Assembly: GCA_021299385.1 (NCBI GenBank) | Contig: JAJTGZ010000006.1 | Coordinates: 9,926 to 73,925 of the forward strand | Direction: 5' to 3' | Length of the DNA stretch: 64,000 bases | Source of the DNA: Phycisphaeraceae bacterium | GTDB taxonomy: Bacteria; Planctomycetota; Phycisphaerae; Phycisphaerales; UBA1924 | Part shown: positions 44,230-54,002 of the stretch, in pieces | How positions within the stretch are numbered: position 1 is the first letter of the stretch | How the letters are laid out: each line of letters starts with the position of its first letter | Position numbers and translations under genes: made by a program | The notes under the pieces: model-generated | Told to the model about the DNA's origin: nothing | Database searches by the model: none | The model's input: the letters and a program-made list of their open reading frames with translations, nothing else

Positions 44230-44459
44230 GGAAGGCTCCTGTCTGGGCCGCCCTGGGGGGGCGGCGGGGATGCGGAAGTAACCCGCGGGCACAGGACGCG
44301 GCGACGCCGCCGCAGGCCAGAACCCGCTCGCAGATTCTTCCACAATACACTCTACGGCGATTTGTACAAATTGATTCAACGCGGGGACGGAATAGTATTT
44401 TTTTTTCGATTTATCGCCCCTTAGACCCCCGACCGGCCAGGCCTGGCCAGGAGCCCGAC

Positions 44460-45752
44460 ATGCCCCGCACCCGAAGGCCCGCACCCGCCAGCAAACCGCC
44501 CACCCCCGGCCCCGCCGCCGCCAGCGGCTTCGAGTCCGCCGCCGGCGACGTTGCCGCCGAGTTGCGGTCTGCCATCGGCAAGGTGCTTGACGGCGTCCCC
44601 GGCGCCCCGCGTCGCCCGCTGGACCTCTCCCAGATTCTGTCGATCGACATGAACCTGGCGTGGAAGCTCTGCAACCTCGTCGCTGCGGCCGATCCGTTCG
44701 CCGGGCTGCAGAAGCTCCCGGGCGAATCAGGGATGCGGATCTTCCTCAAGGCCGCCGGGAGGGCCGGCGTCGAGCCTGCCGCCCTGGCCCGCGTCGTGGA
44801 TGCCTTGAAGGCCTACGAGCACCTCACGGCCGAGCACGCCGGCAGCCGCGTTGCGCTCGACTCGCTCCTGGGCCACCTGGCCCGCACCGGGGGCGCCAGG
44901 GCCGGCCTCACCGCCCGCCGGAATGCTTTTCGCGCCGTCTCTTCGCTCGTGGGCGTCCAAGCCGAGGCCCAGGTCGTTACCTACCTCTTCTTCCCCACGT
45001 CCGACGCCGGGCCCGAGCCCGACCCGGCCCGCACCGCCGTCGCCATCATCCGCGGCTACGTGGGCCTCCGCCGCCTCCGCACCGACGTCTCCTGGGTCAC
45101 AGGCCGCGGGCGGCGCACCGACAACGACGGCGAGCGCCCCGCCATGCACATCGCCCGCCCCATCGATCCCGAGGCCGCCAAGCATCACGGCGGGGTCCCC
45201 CTCCTGGCCGGCTTCAACACTGCTGGCACCCGGGCCCACGCCCGCGTCGCACGCACGCTCCTGCCCGACGGCACCGCCGTCGACCGCGTCCAAGGGGGCC
45301 CGGTCGGGCGACAGGGCGCGATGACGTTCTTCATGGGCGAGACCCTCGCCCCAGCTCTGCCCAAGGGCCGCGACGACCGCAACGCCCACCTGCGCCTGGT
45401 TGCCAACTCGCACACCCCCTGCGAGAGCCTCGTGCTCGACATGCTCTTCCACCGCCAACTCCCACCCCTGGGCCCATTGGAGCTCTCCCTCAGTACCGAG
45501 CTTGGGGGCCTCATCCTGGCCAACGCCGACCCGCGCGACCGCGTCAGCCTGACGCTCTGTGAATCCATCGAACCCCGCGGCGCGGGCCTGGCGGGCCTCC
45601 GCCTGGAAGAGTCCCCCGCCTACCTCGAAGCCCTCGAGAGCGTCTGCACCCGCCTGGGCATCGACCCCGCCCAGCTCCAGGCGCACCGCGTCCGGGTCAA
45701 GCACCCGCCCGTGCCCTGCTCAACGCTCGTCCAGCGCCGCATCCTCTGGTGA
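44460..45752 (+). CDS. hypothetical protein (430 aa), no recognisable domain
   Basis: ATG 44460 is preceded by GGAG. The ORF is divergent from 42514-44229. The coding call rests on ORF length and non-repetitive composition only. Confidence 0.45.
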   Translation: MPRTRRPAPASKPPTPGPAAASGFESAAGDVAAELRSAIGKVLDGVPGAPRRPLDLSQILSIDMNLAWKLCNLVAAADPFAGLQKLPGESGMRIFLKAAGRAGVEPAALARVVDALKAYEHLTAEHAGSRVALDSLLGHLARTGGARAGLTARRNAFRAVSSLVGVQAEAQVVTYLFFPTSDAGPEPDPARTAVAIIRGYVGLRRLRTDVSWVTGRGRRTDNDGERPAMHIARPIDPEAAKHHGGVPLLAGFNTAGTRAHARVARTLLPDGTAVDRVQGGPVGRQGAMTFFMGETLAPALPKGRDDRNAHLRLVANSHTPCESLVLDMLFHRQLPPLGPLELSLSTELGGLILANADPRDRVSLTLCESIEPRGAGLAGLRLEESPAYLEALESVCTRLGIDPAQLQAHRVRVKHPPVPCSTLVQRRILW

Positions 45753-45780
45753 GCCTCGCACATGCCCACCTTGCCAAGGA

Positions 45781-47355
45781 TCAGCACCCCGCAAAGAAGC
45801 GGTTGAGGAAGACGATGATGTCGTCGGCCGTCAACTGACCATCCGATCCGGGCGACTGCCCAGGCCCGGCCACATCCGATGGCCCGCACGTGGGGCGGAC
45901 GAACGAGAGTTCGACGGTCCTCGTTCCCACCACGTCGCAGTCGCTGTCGACCCGGCAGGAGTAGAAGCCCAGGGTGTTCAACTGCACCTCCCGCAGCACC
46001 AACACCGGGCTCTGGGCCGTGGGGTTTACAAGGGTGCTAATCGGCATGCCGTAATACTGCCACTGGTAGCGGTACCCGCCCCCGCCACCTTCGACGGCGA
46101 CGGTGAACGCCGCGGTCCCAGAGGGGGTCGTCGCTACGGGCGCGGGCTGGACCAGCACGACCAGCGGGGTTGGGCCGGGGTTGTAGCGGGCGATGTTGGT
46201 CGCAGGATTCCCCCCGGCCGAAGTAAAGTACCCGCTCAAGAGCACGTCCCCGCCGGGCAACAGACCCATATAAAACACGTCGGCGTTTGTCCCGCTGCCC
46301 AGCGATGACCATGTGTTTGACCCCGGGTTGTACCGAGCGACGAAGTTGGCCGGCACGCCCCCGGCGGCCGTGAAGTACCCAGCCGCGATCACGTCCCCGT
46401 CCAGCAGGACCACTACGGAGGAGACAAAGTTGTTCAGCCCGGCACCCAGCGCTGACCACGTGTTGGTCGCGGGGTTCAAGCGGGCGATCCCCCTGACCGC
46501 CACCGTGCCCGCGTTCTGGAAGGACCCGCCAACAACCACGTCCCCGCCGGGCAGCACGCCCAGCGTAACGACGGCGTTGTCCACGCCGCTGCCCACACCC
46601 GTCCAGGTGTTGGTGCTCGGGCGGTAGCGGGCAACCTTGCTGACGGCAACGCCGCCGGCAAACGAAAAGTCCCCACCGACGATCACGTCCCCGCCGGGGA
46701 GCACCGCCATGCAATACACGTCGTTGTCCATCCCGCTGCCCATGGCCGACCACGTGTTGGTCGAGGGGTTGTAGCGGGCGATGTAGTTCCGCCCACCGGA
46801 GCCCCCGGCGTTGTTGAACTGCCCGCCGACGATCACGTCCCCACCCGGCAGCACCGCCATCGCAAAGACGAACGAGTTGACACCGGCGCCCAGGGCCGAC
46901 CAGTTCCCCGTCGAAGGGTTGTACCGGGCGATGTTGTTCGCGGGCACGCCCCCGGCGGTCGTGAACACCCCTCCGACGATCACGTCGCCGCCGGGCAACC
47001 GAGCCAGGGCATAGACGGAGCCATTGGTGCCGCTGCCAACCGCAGACCACGCCCCCGTCGCCGGGTTATAGCGGGCGATTGAGTTGGCGGTAATGCCGCC
47101 TGCGGAGCTGAAGATCCCGCCGACGAGCACGTCCCCGCCGGGGAGCGGCTGCGTGCACGTGAAGAAGTTGTTCAGCCCGGGCGTCCCGACGCTGGGCACC
47201 CACCCTGGCAAACACTGCGCCGTAGCCGGACTCGGGGCCACAAAAGCGCCGAGCAAGGCAAGCACAAACGCCACACGCTCGAGACTGCCTCGCAGCATCG
47301 CAAGGGCTTGGGTAACCATGGGGGTAGAAGGCAAGATACTAGTAGAGCCGTTCAT
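45781..47355 (-). CDS. secreted beta-propeller-like repeat protein with an Ig-like domain and a GC-type dockerin anchor
   Basis: It contains about 8 repeats of roughly 48 aa, 'ARYNPxTxxWSAxGSGxNxxVxAxAVLPGGDVIVGGxFxxAGG'. An Ig-like domain follows ('YRYQWQYYGMPI...GFYSCRV'). The C-terminus is 'GPGQSPGSDGQLTADDIIVFLNRFFAGC'. Confidence 0.75.
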   Translation of the reverse strand: MNGSTSILPSTPMVTQALAMLRGSLERVAFVLALLGAFVAPSPATAQCLPGWVPSVGTPGLNNFFTCTQPLPGGDVLVGGIFSSAGGITANSIARYNPATGAWSAVGSGTNGSVYALARLPGGDVIVGGVFTTAGGVPANNIARYNPSTGNWSALGAGVNSFVFAMAVLPGGDVIVGGQFNNAGGSGGRNYIARYNPSTNTWSAMGSGMDNDVYCMAVLPGGDVIVGGDFSFAGGVAVSKVARYRPSTNTWTGVGSGVDNAVVTLGVLPGGDVVVGGSFQNAGTVAVRGIARLNPATNTWSALGAGLNNFVSSVVVLLDGDVIAAGYFTAAGGVPANFVARYNPGSNTWSSLGSGTNADVFYMGLLPGGDVLLSGYFTSAGGNPATNIARYNPGPTPLVVLVQPAPVATTPSGTAAFTVAVEGGGGGYRYQWQYYGMPISTLVNPTAQSPVLVLREVQLNTLGFYSCRVDSDCDVVGTRTVELSFVRPTCGPSDVAGPGQSPGSDGQLTADDIIVFLNRFFAGC

Positions 47356-47413
47356 CTGCTATCTCCTGAAAATACGTCTACAACAACTAAGGCAAACGCC
47401 TAAAAACTAACAC

Positions 47414-50400
47414 CTAAAACATGACACCTCCCTCAGCACCCCGCAAAGAAGCGGTTGAGGAAGACGATGATGTCGTCGGCGGTGAACTGCCCATCCGGCG
47501 ACGTGCTCTGGCCCGGGCCGGCCACGCCGTCAGCGTGTTGTCGCTGCCGATGGACTGCCCAGGACCGGCGATGTCGCTCAAGCCGCACCCGCAGGTGCGG
47601 GCTGTGAGCGTTGTGGCGTTGCTCACAACGAGGTGGCAGTCGTCGAGTACGACGCACCGCTTCTCCCAGTGGCTCCCGGCGGTCCCTGAGCCGCTCGCGT
47701 CGGTGATTGATAGAACACTGGTAGAGGCACCTTGGGCGGTGAAACGGCTTGATGAGCCATACTGATCGAGGTTGAGGCCGTCGTTGACGGTGTTCCACTC
47801 ATTGGCGGGGTCGGTTCGCCACTGCCATTGGTACGAGACGCTACCTTGGGCCGTCAGGCCGATGGTGAAAGTCGCCGAGCGTGTCGGGCAGGTGGTTGTC
47901 TGCGGCGTGGGCTGGGCCGTGATGACCGGCGGAGGGGCGCCGAGGGTTCGGTAGCGGGCGATCAGCTCCGCCGGCACTCCCCCGGCGAGGTTGAAGCTCC
48001 CGCTGGCGAGCACATCACCACCCGGCAGGGCCGCCACCGCGTGGACAGAGGGCGTGAAGTCGGGGTAGGTCGAATCGAGGCCCAACCCGAGCGCCGACCA
48101 ACTGTCGCTGGCCGGGTTGTAGCGGGCGATGGAGTTCGCCGTGATGCCCCCGATGGTGGTGAAGTTTCCGCCGGCGATCAGGTCCCCGCCGGGCAAGACC
48201 GCCAGGCTCGCGACTTCAATCTCCGCTCCTTGCAGGCCTGAACCGAGGGGCGACCAAGTGTTGCTGACGGCGTTGTAGCGGAGGATGCGTTCCATCGTCG
48301 GGTCGTTGATTCCGGGGTATGAACCGGCGATCACATCCCCCCCGGGCAAGACGGCCACGGAGTTCACCTGGTAGAACACCCCGAAGCCAATATCCGACCA
48401 GGTGTTGGCAACCGGGTTGTAACGGGCAATGTTGTTCACAAACACACCCCCGGCTGTGCCGAAAATGCCGCCGACGATCACGTCCCCCCCCGGCGCAAGA
48501 GCCAGGCAGATGCCGATGAAACTCAACCCCGACCCGAGGGCCGACCAGGTGTCCGTCGCCGGGTTGTAGCGTGCGATGTAGTTGGCCTGCACACCCCCGG
48601 CGGTGGTGAAGTCGCCGGTTGCGATCACGTCTCCACCCGGGATGACCAGCAGGTCGAGTGGGCGGGCATTCAAGCCCGATCCGAGGGCCGACCAGGTGTT
48701 GGTCCCCGGGCTGTAGCGGACGATGTTGTTCGCCGGGACTCCCCCGGCGGCGGTGAAGGTTCCGCCGACGATCACGTCCCCGCCGGGCAGGACCGCCACG
48801 GCGTTGATGCTGCTGCTGTTGGAGAACCCATCGGAGCCGAGCTGCGAGAGCGTGTTGGTCGTCGGGTTGTAACGCGCCAGGCGGTTGGTCAGCCAGTCGG
48901 TGCTGGTGGTAAAAAACCCACCAAGGACCAGGTCCCCGTCGGGCAGGACCGCCGAGTCGTTGGCGACGCCCGTGATGGTTATTGGTGGTTCCATCGGCAC
49001 CCACCCCGGCCCGCACCCGCAGTTGAAGAGTTGCGCGGGGGTGCTGGTTAAAGTTACACACCCGTTGCTGACGACGCAGTCATAGGTGCCCTCGTCGTTG
49101 AAACTGACGAACTCGATCGTCAGCGTCGGGGTGCTGGCGGTGGGGTTGCTTAGTTCACTGACCGGGATGCCGTCTTTGCGCCACTGGTAGGTAACCGGGG
49201 CATTCCCAGTGCTCACGGTGGTAACCGAGAACGTGGCGGGGGTGTTTGGTTCGCACGCCTCGAAGTCTGCCGGGCCGGCGGTGATGCTGACGGTCGGGCC
49301 TGTGAAGGAGTAGCGTGCGACACGGGGGGAGTAGAGGTTCCCAGCAAGGCTAAACCCCCCGCCCAGGAGCACGTCCCCGCCAGGGAGGAATGCGAGGGAG
49401 GAGACGTAATAGTTCGTTCCTGAGCCAAGAGTTGACCAGGTGCTGGTCGCCGGGTTGTAGAGGGCGATGTAGTTTGCCGGCGCGCCCCCGGCGGTGGTGA
49501 AGAACCCACCCACGAGCACGTCCCCGGTGGGGAGCGTCGCGAGGGAGGAGACGTACGCGAAGCCCTCCCCCGTTACGCCCGAGCCGAGCGCAGACCAGGT
49601 GCTGGTGGCCCGGCTAAAGCGTGCGATCTTGCTGACCGGTACGCCCCCGGCCGATGAGAAGTACCCACCCGCGATCAGATCGCCGCTTGGCAGGAGCGTC
49701 AGGGCAAGGACGGAGCCGTTGGTACCGAACTCAAACCCAGGCTCATTGCCGAGTGCCAGGCTTGACCATTGCCCGGAGTCAAGGTTGTACCGTGCGACGC
49801 GCAGGGTGTACAAGTTATTGGCAAAGGAGAAGCTGCCCCCGACGAAGAGGTCATTGGTCGCCGGGTCAAAGGCGAAGGAATGCACTCCCGAATCGACACC
49901 CGATCCGAGTGCCGACCAGGTGTCGCTGGCCGGGTCCCAGATCGCAACGTTGTTCGCCGGCACGCCCCCGGCTGTGGTGAAGGACCCACCCACGGCCACC
50001 CTCCCGCCCGGGAGGACGGTCAGGGCGTCGACCGAGGCGAATGTCGCCCCCGAGACCCCCGAGCCGATCGCCGACCAGGTGTTGCTGGCCGGGTTGTAGC
50101 GGGCGAGGTTGTTCGCCGGCACGCCGCCGATGGAGTTGAAAAACCCGCCGGCGATGACGTCCCCGCCGGGCAGCACGGCCAGGGCGATGACTCTCCTGTA
50201 GGTGCTGGTGGACCCCGTATCGATCCTTGACCACTGGCTGGTTGACTGGGAGTAGCGGAAGGTGGTGGTTGTATCAGACTGGCCTTGGTCGTTGACATAG
50301 AATACGTCCCCGCCCACGATAATGTCCCCGTTCGGGAGCGCGGCCACGGCATCGACACCACCGGAATAGAGAGGGGAGAGAGTCTCGACCCACCCCGGCC

Positions 50401-50587
50401 CGCACTGCCCGCGGGCTGGCGCTGGGTTAGCCAGCAGCAGCATGACCACCAGGGCCAGCACCACGCCGCTGGCACGGCGCAGGGGCGATGTGGGGCGTGT
50501 TGACCAGGCCACTAGGCCCGGGATGCGTTGGAGTAAGGGGGAGCAACGGGTGGACGCATGGCAAGCCGGGACGGTGGTGGTGCGCAT
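47414..50587 (-). CDS. large secreted paralog (propeller-Ig-propeller-Ig) whose C-terminal dockerin anchor is out of frame (frameshift or possible pseudogene at the 3' end)
   Basis: It has the same 48-aa repeat and two Ig-like modules ('VTYQWRKDG...GTYDCVV', 'VSYQWQWRT'). After '...GPGQSIGSDNTLTA' the frame yields 'WPARARARRR...', while the +1 frame (ORF 47433-47798) reads 'VAGPGQSTSPDGQFTADDIIVFLNRFFAGC'. Confidence 0.7.
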   Translation of the reverse strand: MRTTTVPACHASTRCSPLLQRIPGLVAWSTRPTSPLRRASGVVLALVVMLLLANPAPARGQCGPGWVETLSPLYSGGVDAVAALPNGDIIVGGDVFYVNDQGQSDTTTTFRYSQSTSQWSRIDTGSTSTYRRVIALAVLPGGDVIAGGFFNSIGGVPANNLARYNPASNTWSAIGSGVSGATFASVDALTVLPGGRVAVGGSFTTAGGVPANNVAIWDPASDTWSALGSGVDSGVHSFAFDPATNDLFVGGSFSFANNLYTLRVARYNLDSGQWSSLALGNEPGFEFGTNGSVLALTLLPSGDLIAGGYFSSAGGVPVSKIARFSRATSTWSALGSGVTGEGFAYVSSLATLPTGDVLVGGFFTTAGGAPANYIALYNPATSTWSTLGSGTNYYVSSLAFLPGGDVLLGGGFSLAGNLYSPRVARYSFTGPTVSITAGPADFEACEPNTPATFSVTTVSTGNAPVTYQWRKDGIPVSELSNPTASTPTLTIEFVSFNDEGTYDCVVSNGCVTLTSTPAQLFNCGCGPGWVPMEPPITITGVANDSAVLPDGDLVLGGFFTTSTDWLTNRLARYNPTTNTLSQLGSDGFSNSSSINAVAVLPGGDVIVGGTFTAAGGVPANNIVRYSPGTNTWSALGSGLNARPLDLLVIPGGDVIATGDFTTAGGVQANYIARYNPATDTWSALGSGLSFIGICLALAPGGDVIVGGIFGTAGGVFVNNIARYNPVANTWSDIGFGVFYQVNSVAVLPGGDVIAGSYPGINDPTMERILRYNAVSNTWSPLGSGLQGAEIEVASLAVLPGGDLIAGGNFTTIGGITANSIARYNPASDSWSALGLGLDSTYPDFTPSVHAVAALPGGDVLASGSFNLAGGVPAELIARYRTLGAPPPVITAQPTPQTTTCPTRSATFTIGLTAQGSVSYQWQWRTDPANEWNTVNDGLNLDQYGSSSRFTAQGASTSVLSITDASGSGTAGSHWEKRCVVLDDCHLVVSNATTLTARTCGCGLSDIAGPGQSIGSDNTLTAWPARARARRRMGSSPPTTSSSSSTASLRGAEGGVMF

Positions 50588-50792
50588 GTCTGGATTCCCT
50601 AAGACGGCCATTGGGCCAAAGAAGAAGGATAAAGACCACCCCATCGGGGGTATGGTCAGCTTCAGGGATGGGTAATCTAACCGATGGGGCGGGGGATTGC
50701 AACTGATCGACGGTAGATTGCGCGAAAAATAACCTAGAGACCGGGCCGGTGCCCTCAAAAATCGGGCCTGGTCTTATAACTAAGCATTGTTA

Positions 50793-52370
50793 CTAAGCAC
50801 TAACAACGCGTCCCTCGCTGGCGAGGGCGGCTTCGCGGATCGCCTCGTGCATGGTTGGGTGGGCGTGGAAGGTGCAGATGACCTCTTCGGTGGTGGCTTC
50901 GAGTCGGCGGGCGAGGGTCATCTCGGCGATGAGTTCGGTGGCCTGGTCGCCCATGATGTGCGCGCCGAGGATTTCGCCACGCGGGAGGCCGCGGATGATT
51001 TTGACGAACCCATCGGTGTGTGCCGCGGCGATCGCCTTGCCCGAGGCGGAGAAGGGGAAGGTGCCGACGGCATAGTCCTTGTCCTTGACCTTGCCCTGCT
51101 CGATGAGGCGTTGCTCGGTGAAGCCGACGCTGGCGACCTGGGGGAGGCAGTAGGTGCAGCCTGGGACGACGGCGTAGTCGATGGGGATTGGTTCGTGGTT
51201 GAGTTTGCCGGCTTTGTGTGCGATGCGTTCGACGCAGATGGTGCCCTCTTCGCTGGCGACGTGGGCGAGCCAGGGTGGGCCGATGACGTCGCCGACGGCA
51301 TAGACGCCGGGGAGGTTGGTGATGTAGTCGATCGGTTCGTCTTTGGTGCCCGATGTGCCTGGGCCTGCGGGCTTGAAGTCGGTAACGATGTGCCCGCGGT
51401 CGGTTTTGAGGCCCAGGGAGGGGTCGCAGAGGCCATCGGTGCGCCCGACGACGCCGATGGCGAGCAGGACGCGGTCGGCTTCGAGGGTCTGTGCTTTGGA
51501 GGCGTCGGGCTTGCCGTCGGCGAGGGGGGCGACGGTAACTTTGACGCCGGTGGGGGTTTTGTCGATGGCGGTGGTGGTGTGGCCGGTGAGGAGTTTGAGG
51601 CCGTGCTTGGTGTAGAGCTTGCCCATGGCGGCGGAGATGTCTTTGTCCTCGATGGGCAGGACGCGGTCGAGCATCTCGACGACGGTGACTTGCGTGCCCA
51701 TGGTGTGGTAGAAGTAGGCGAACTCCATGCCGATGGCGCCGGCGCCGACGACGATGAGTTTCTTGGGTTTTTCTTTGTTGAACATGGCCTCGCGAGCGCC
51801 CCAGATGCGGTCGCCGTCAAAGCGGGCGAAGGGGAGGTCTCGAGCGACGCTGCCGGTGGCGACGACGGCATAGTCGGCGGTGATGGTCTGAGTGGTTTTG
51901 CCGGGGGTTGCGGGTGCGCTGGTGAGCTCTTCCTTGACGGCACACTCTTGGATGTCGATGGTGACTTTGGCTTTGGTGGGGCCGAAGCGTTCGGCCTTGG
52001 TGATCTTGGCGTTGCCTGTCAGGACGGTGATCTTGTTCTTGCGCATCAGGAACTCGATGCCCTTGTTGAGCTTTGCGGCGACCTCGCGTGAGCGTGTGAT
52101 GACGCGGTCCCAGTCGAGCTCGACGGAGCCGGTGATCTTGAGGCCCCAGAATTTTTGATCGTCGAGTTTGGACATTTTTTCGACGAGCTCGGCGTTTGCG
52201 AGGAGGGCCTTGCTTGGGATGCACCCCCAGTTGAGGCAGACGCCGCCGAGCTTGGCGCGCTCGACGATGGCGGTCTTGAAGCCGAGCTGAGCGGCACGGA
52301 TAGCCGCGACGTACCCGCCGGGGCCGCCGCCGATGACGACGAGATCAAAGTGGTTGGTCGAATCAGCCAC
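50793..52370 (-). CDS. lpdA: dihydrolipoyl dehydrogenase
   Basis: 'DLVVIGGGPGGYVAAIRAAQLG', 'GGVCLNWGCIPSKALL' and 'HAHPTMHEA' are present. Confidence 0.9.
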   Translation of the reverse strand: MADSTNHFDLVVIGGGPGGYVAAIRAAQLGFKTAIVERAKLGGVCLNWGCIPSKALLANAELVEKMSKLDDQKFWGLKITGSVELDWDRVITRSREVAAKLNKGIEFLMRKNKITVLTGNAKITKAERFGPTKAKVTIDIQECAVKEELTSAPATPGKTTQTITADYAVVATGSVARDLPFARFDGDRIWGAREAMFNKEKPKKLIVVGAGAIGMEFAYFYHTMGTQVTVVEMLDRVLPIEDKDISAAMGKLYTKHGLKLLTGHTTTAIDKTPTGVKVTVAPLADGKPDASKAQTLEADRVLLAIGVVGRTDGLCDPSLGLKTDRGHIVTDFKPAGPGTSGTKDEPIDYITNLPGVYAVGDVIGPPWLAHVASEEGTICVERIAHKAGKLNHEPIPIDYAVVPGCTYCLPQVASVGFTEQRLIEQGKVKDKDYAVGTFPFSASGKAIAAAHTDGFVKIIRGLPRGEILGAHIMGDQATELIAEMTLARRLEATTEEVICTFHAHPTMHEAIREAALASEGRVVSA

Positions 52371-52476
52371 GTTTAGTTCCTTTCAGAAGCCGAACTGAGT
52401 GGTATGGGTGGGTGTGGTGTCGGTCGGGTTCGAGTATAGGTCTGCCGGTGTTGGAGGCCCTCTATCCTCACGAGCC

Positions 52477-53853
52477 ATGCTGACGCTGACTTATCCGATT
52501 GCGCGGACGACGTTCACCGAGTGCGTGCGTCAGCCGATTTATTTTTTGATCCTGGTAATCGCCGCGGGTTCGACGGTGCTGACGACGGCGGTGTCGGGGT
52601 TTACGATGGGATACACCGAGAGTGGTGAGGTCTCTGGGGACGACAAGTTGCTGCTGGAGCTTGGGCTGGCGAGCGTGCTGGCGTTGTCGGTGCTGCTGGC
52701 GGGGTTCATCGCGACGGCGGCGGTCTCGCGTGAGATCGAGAACAAGACGGTGCTGACGATCGTGAGCAAGCCGGTGCCCAGGACGGTGCTGATCGTGGGC
52801 AAGTGGATGGGCGTAACAGGGGCGATGCTGCTGGCGACGGGGACGATGCTGCTGTTTTTGCTGCTGGGGATTCGGCACGGGGTGCTGACGGCGGTGTCGG
52901 ACCCGATCGACCAGCCGGCGATCATCCTTGGGTTGAGCGCGTTTGTGCTGTCGCTGGCATTTGGGGTGTGGGGGTCGTTTTTTTATGGGTGGTCGTTCCC
53001 GCAGACGGCGTCGTTGGCGATGCTGCCGTTGACGGCCGTGGCGTACGTGCTGGTGCTGACGCAAAAGAAGGCGTGGGGGTGGCAACCGATCGATGCGACG
53101 CTCAAGCCGCAGGTGATGCTTGCCTGTTTGGGGTTGCTGCTGAGCGTGCCGGTGCTGACGAGTATTGCGGTGGCGGTGTCGACGCGTCTTGGGCAGGTGA
53201 TGACGATTGTTGTGTGCTTTGGGGTGTTTGTGCTTGGTCTGCTGTCGGCGAACCTGCTGGGCAGCCGGGCGCTGCGGAACGAGCCGATCGGGCAGGTGCT
53301 GATCGCCGAGCCTGAGCGGCAGCGTATGAGCAGCATGGAGAAGCCCGGGGATATCTGGTTCATCACGGCCGAGACGGGGCTGACGGTAACGCCCAAGCCT
53401 GGGGACCCGTTCTTCTTTGCCGCCTCGCCCAACGGGGTTGACCGCCCGGTGCACTTCCGGCCGTTTGTGAACCCGGATCCTGGGAGTGGGGGTGTGGGGC
53501 TGGCCAAGCGTGAGGCGATGATCACGCTGGGGGTGGCGCCGGCGCTGGTGATCACAGCGGTGGAGGGGCGGAAGTTGACGGTGATGACGATTGGTGGGGA
53601 TGATCTGCGTGTGCAGCGGCCGCCGCAGCGTGGGGACTATATCTTTTTGACCCCGACGAGCGTGAACTACGCGGCGTTGGGTGCGTGGGGGCTGGTGCCG
53701 AATGTGCAGTTCTTTTGGCTGCTCGACGCGGTGGCGCAGAACAACCCGGTGCCGATGTCGCACTTTGGGCTGCTGGTGCTGTACGCGGTCTGCCAGGTGA
53801 GCGTGTTTTTGAGCCTGGCGGTGCTGCTGTTTGAGAAACGGGACGTGGGGTGA
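52477..53853 (+). CDS. ABC-2 family permease-like membrane protein with a C-terminal extension
   Basis: 'ARTTFTECVRQPIYFLILVI', 'AAVSREIENKTVLTIVSKPVPRTVLIVGKW' (the EiE.gT...PvsR pattern) and multiple TM helices are present. Start is ATG 52477. Confidence 0.55.
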   Translation: MLTLTYPIARTTFTECVRQPIYFLILVIAAGSTVLTTAVSGFTMGYTESGEVSGDDKLLLELGLASVLALSVLLAGFIATAAVSREIENKTVLTIVSKPVPRTVLIVGKWMGVTGAMLLATGTMLLFLLLGIRHGVLTAVSDPIDQPAIILGLSAFVLSLAFGVWGSFFYGWSFPQTASLAMLPLTAVAYVLVLTQKKAWGWQPIDATLKPQVMLACLGLLLSVPVLTSIAVAVSTRLGQVMTIVVCFGVFVLGLLSANLLGSRALRNEPIGQVLIAEPERQRMSSMEKPGDIWFITAETGLTVTPKPGDPFFFAASPNGVDRPVHFRPFVNPDPGSGGVGLAKREAMITLGVAPALVITAVEGRKLTVMTIGGDDLRVQRPPQRGDYIFLTPTSVNYAALGAWGLVPNVQFFWLLDAVAQNNPVPMSHFGLLVLYAVCQVSVFLSLAVLLFEKRDVG

Positions 53854-53902
53854 GGGACTTGGGCCTAGGACCGGCCCGGTGCCCCCGACGGCGGTATCAT
53901 CC

Positions 53903-53932
53903 CCCCCGCGCTTTGCGGTCGTCGCGCGGGGG
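53903..53932 (+). terminator. Putative rho-independent terminator
   Basis: The stem CCCCCGCGC (53903-53911) pairs with GCGCGGGGG (53924-53932), followed by the T-rich 'GGTTTGGTTTATGCTTTGTTTGGTTTTTCGTTT'. Confidence 0.5.
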
Positions 53933-54002
53933 CGGTTTGGTTTATGCTTTGTTTGGTTTTTCGTTTGGGGTTGTGTTCGCACATTGAAAGGCTCGCTTCA
54001 AC

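Noticed and set aside
52415-52450. Possible tRNA because of 'GGTTCGAG'
   Set aside because: The flanks cannot form a T-stem, acceptor stem or anticodon arm. No other T-loop-like cloverleaf candidates were seen in the intergenic regions.
53940-54002. Sigma-54 promoter upstream of hpf
   Set aside because: The 'TGGTTTATGCTTTG' stretch does not place GG and GC at the required -24/-12 spacing.
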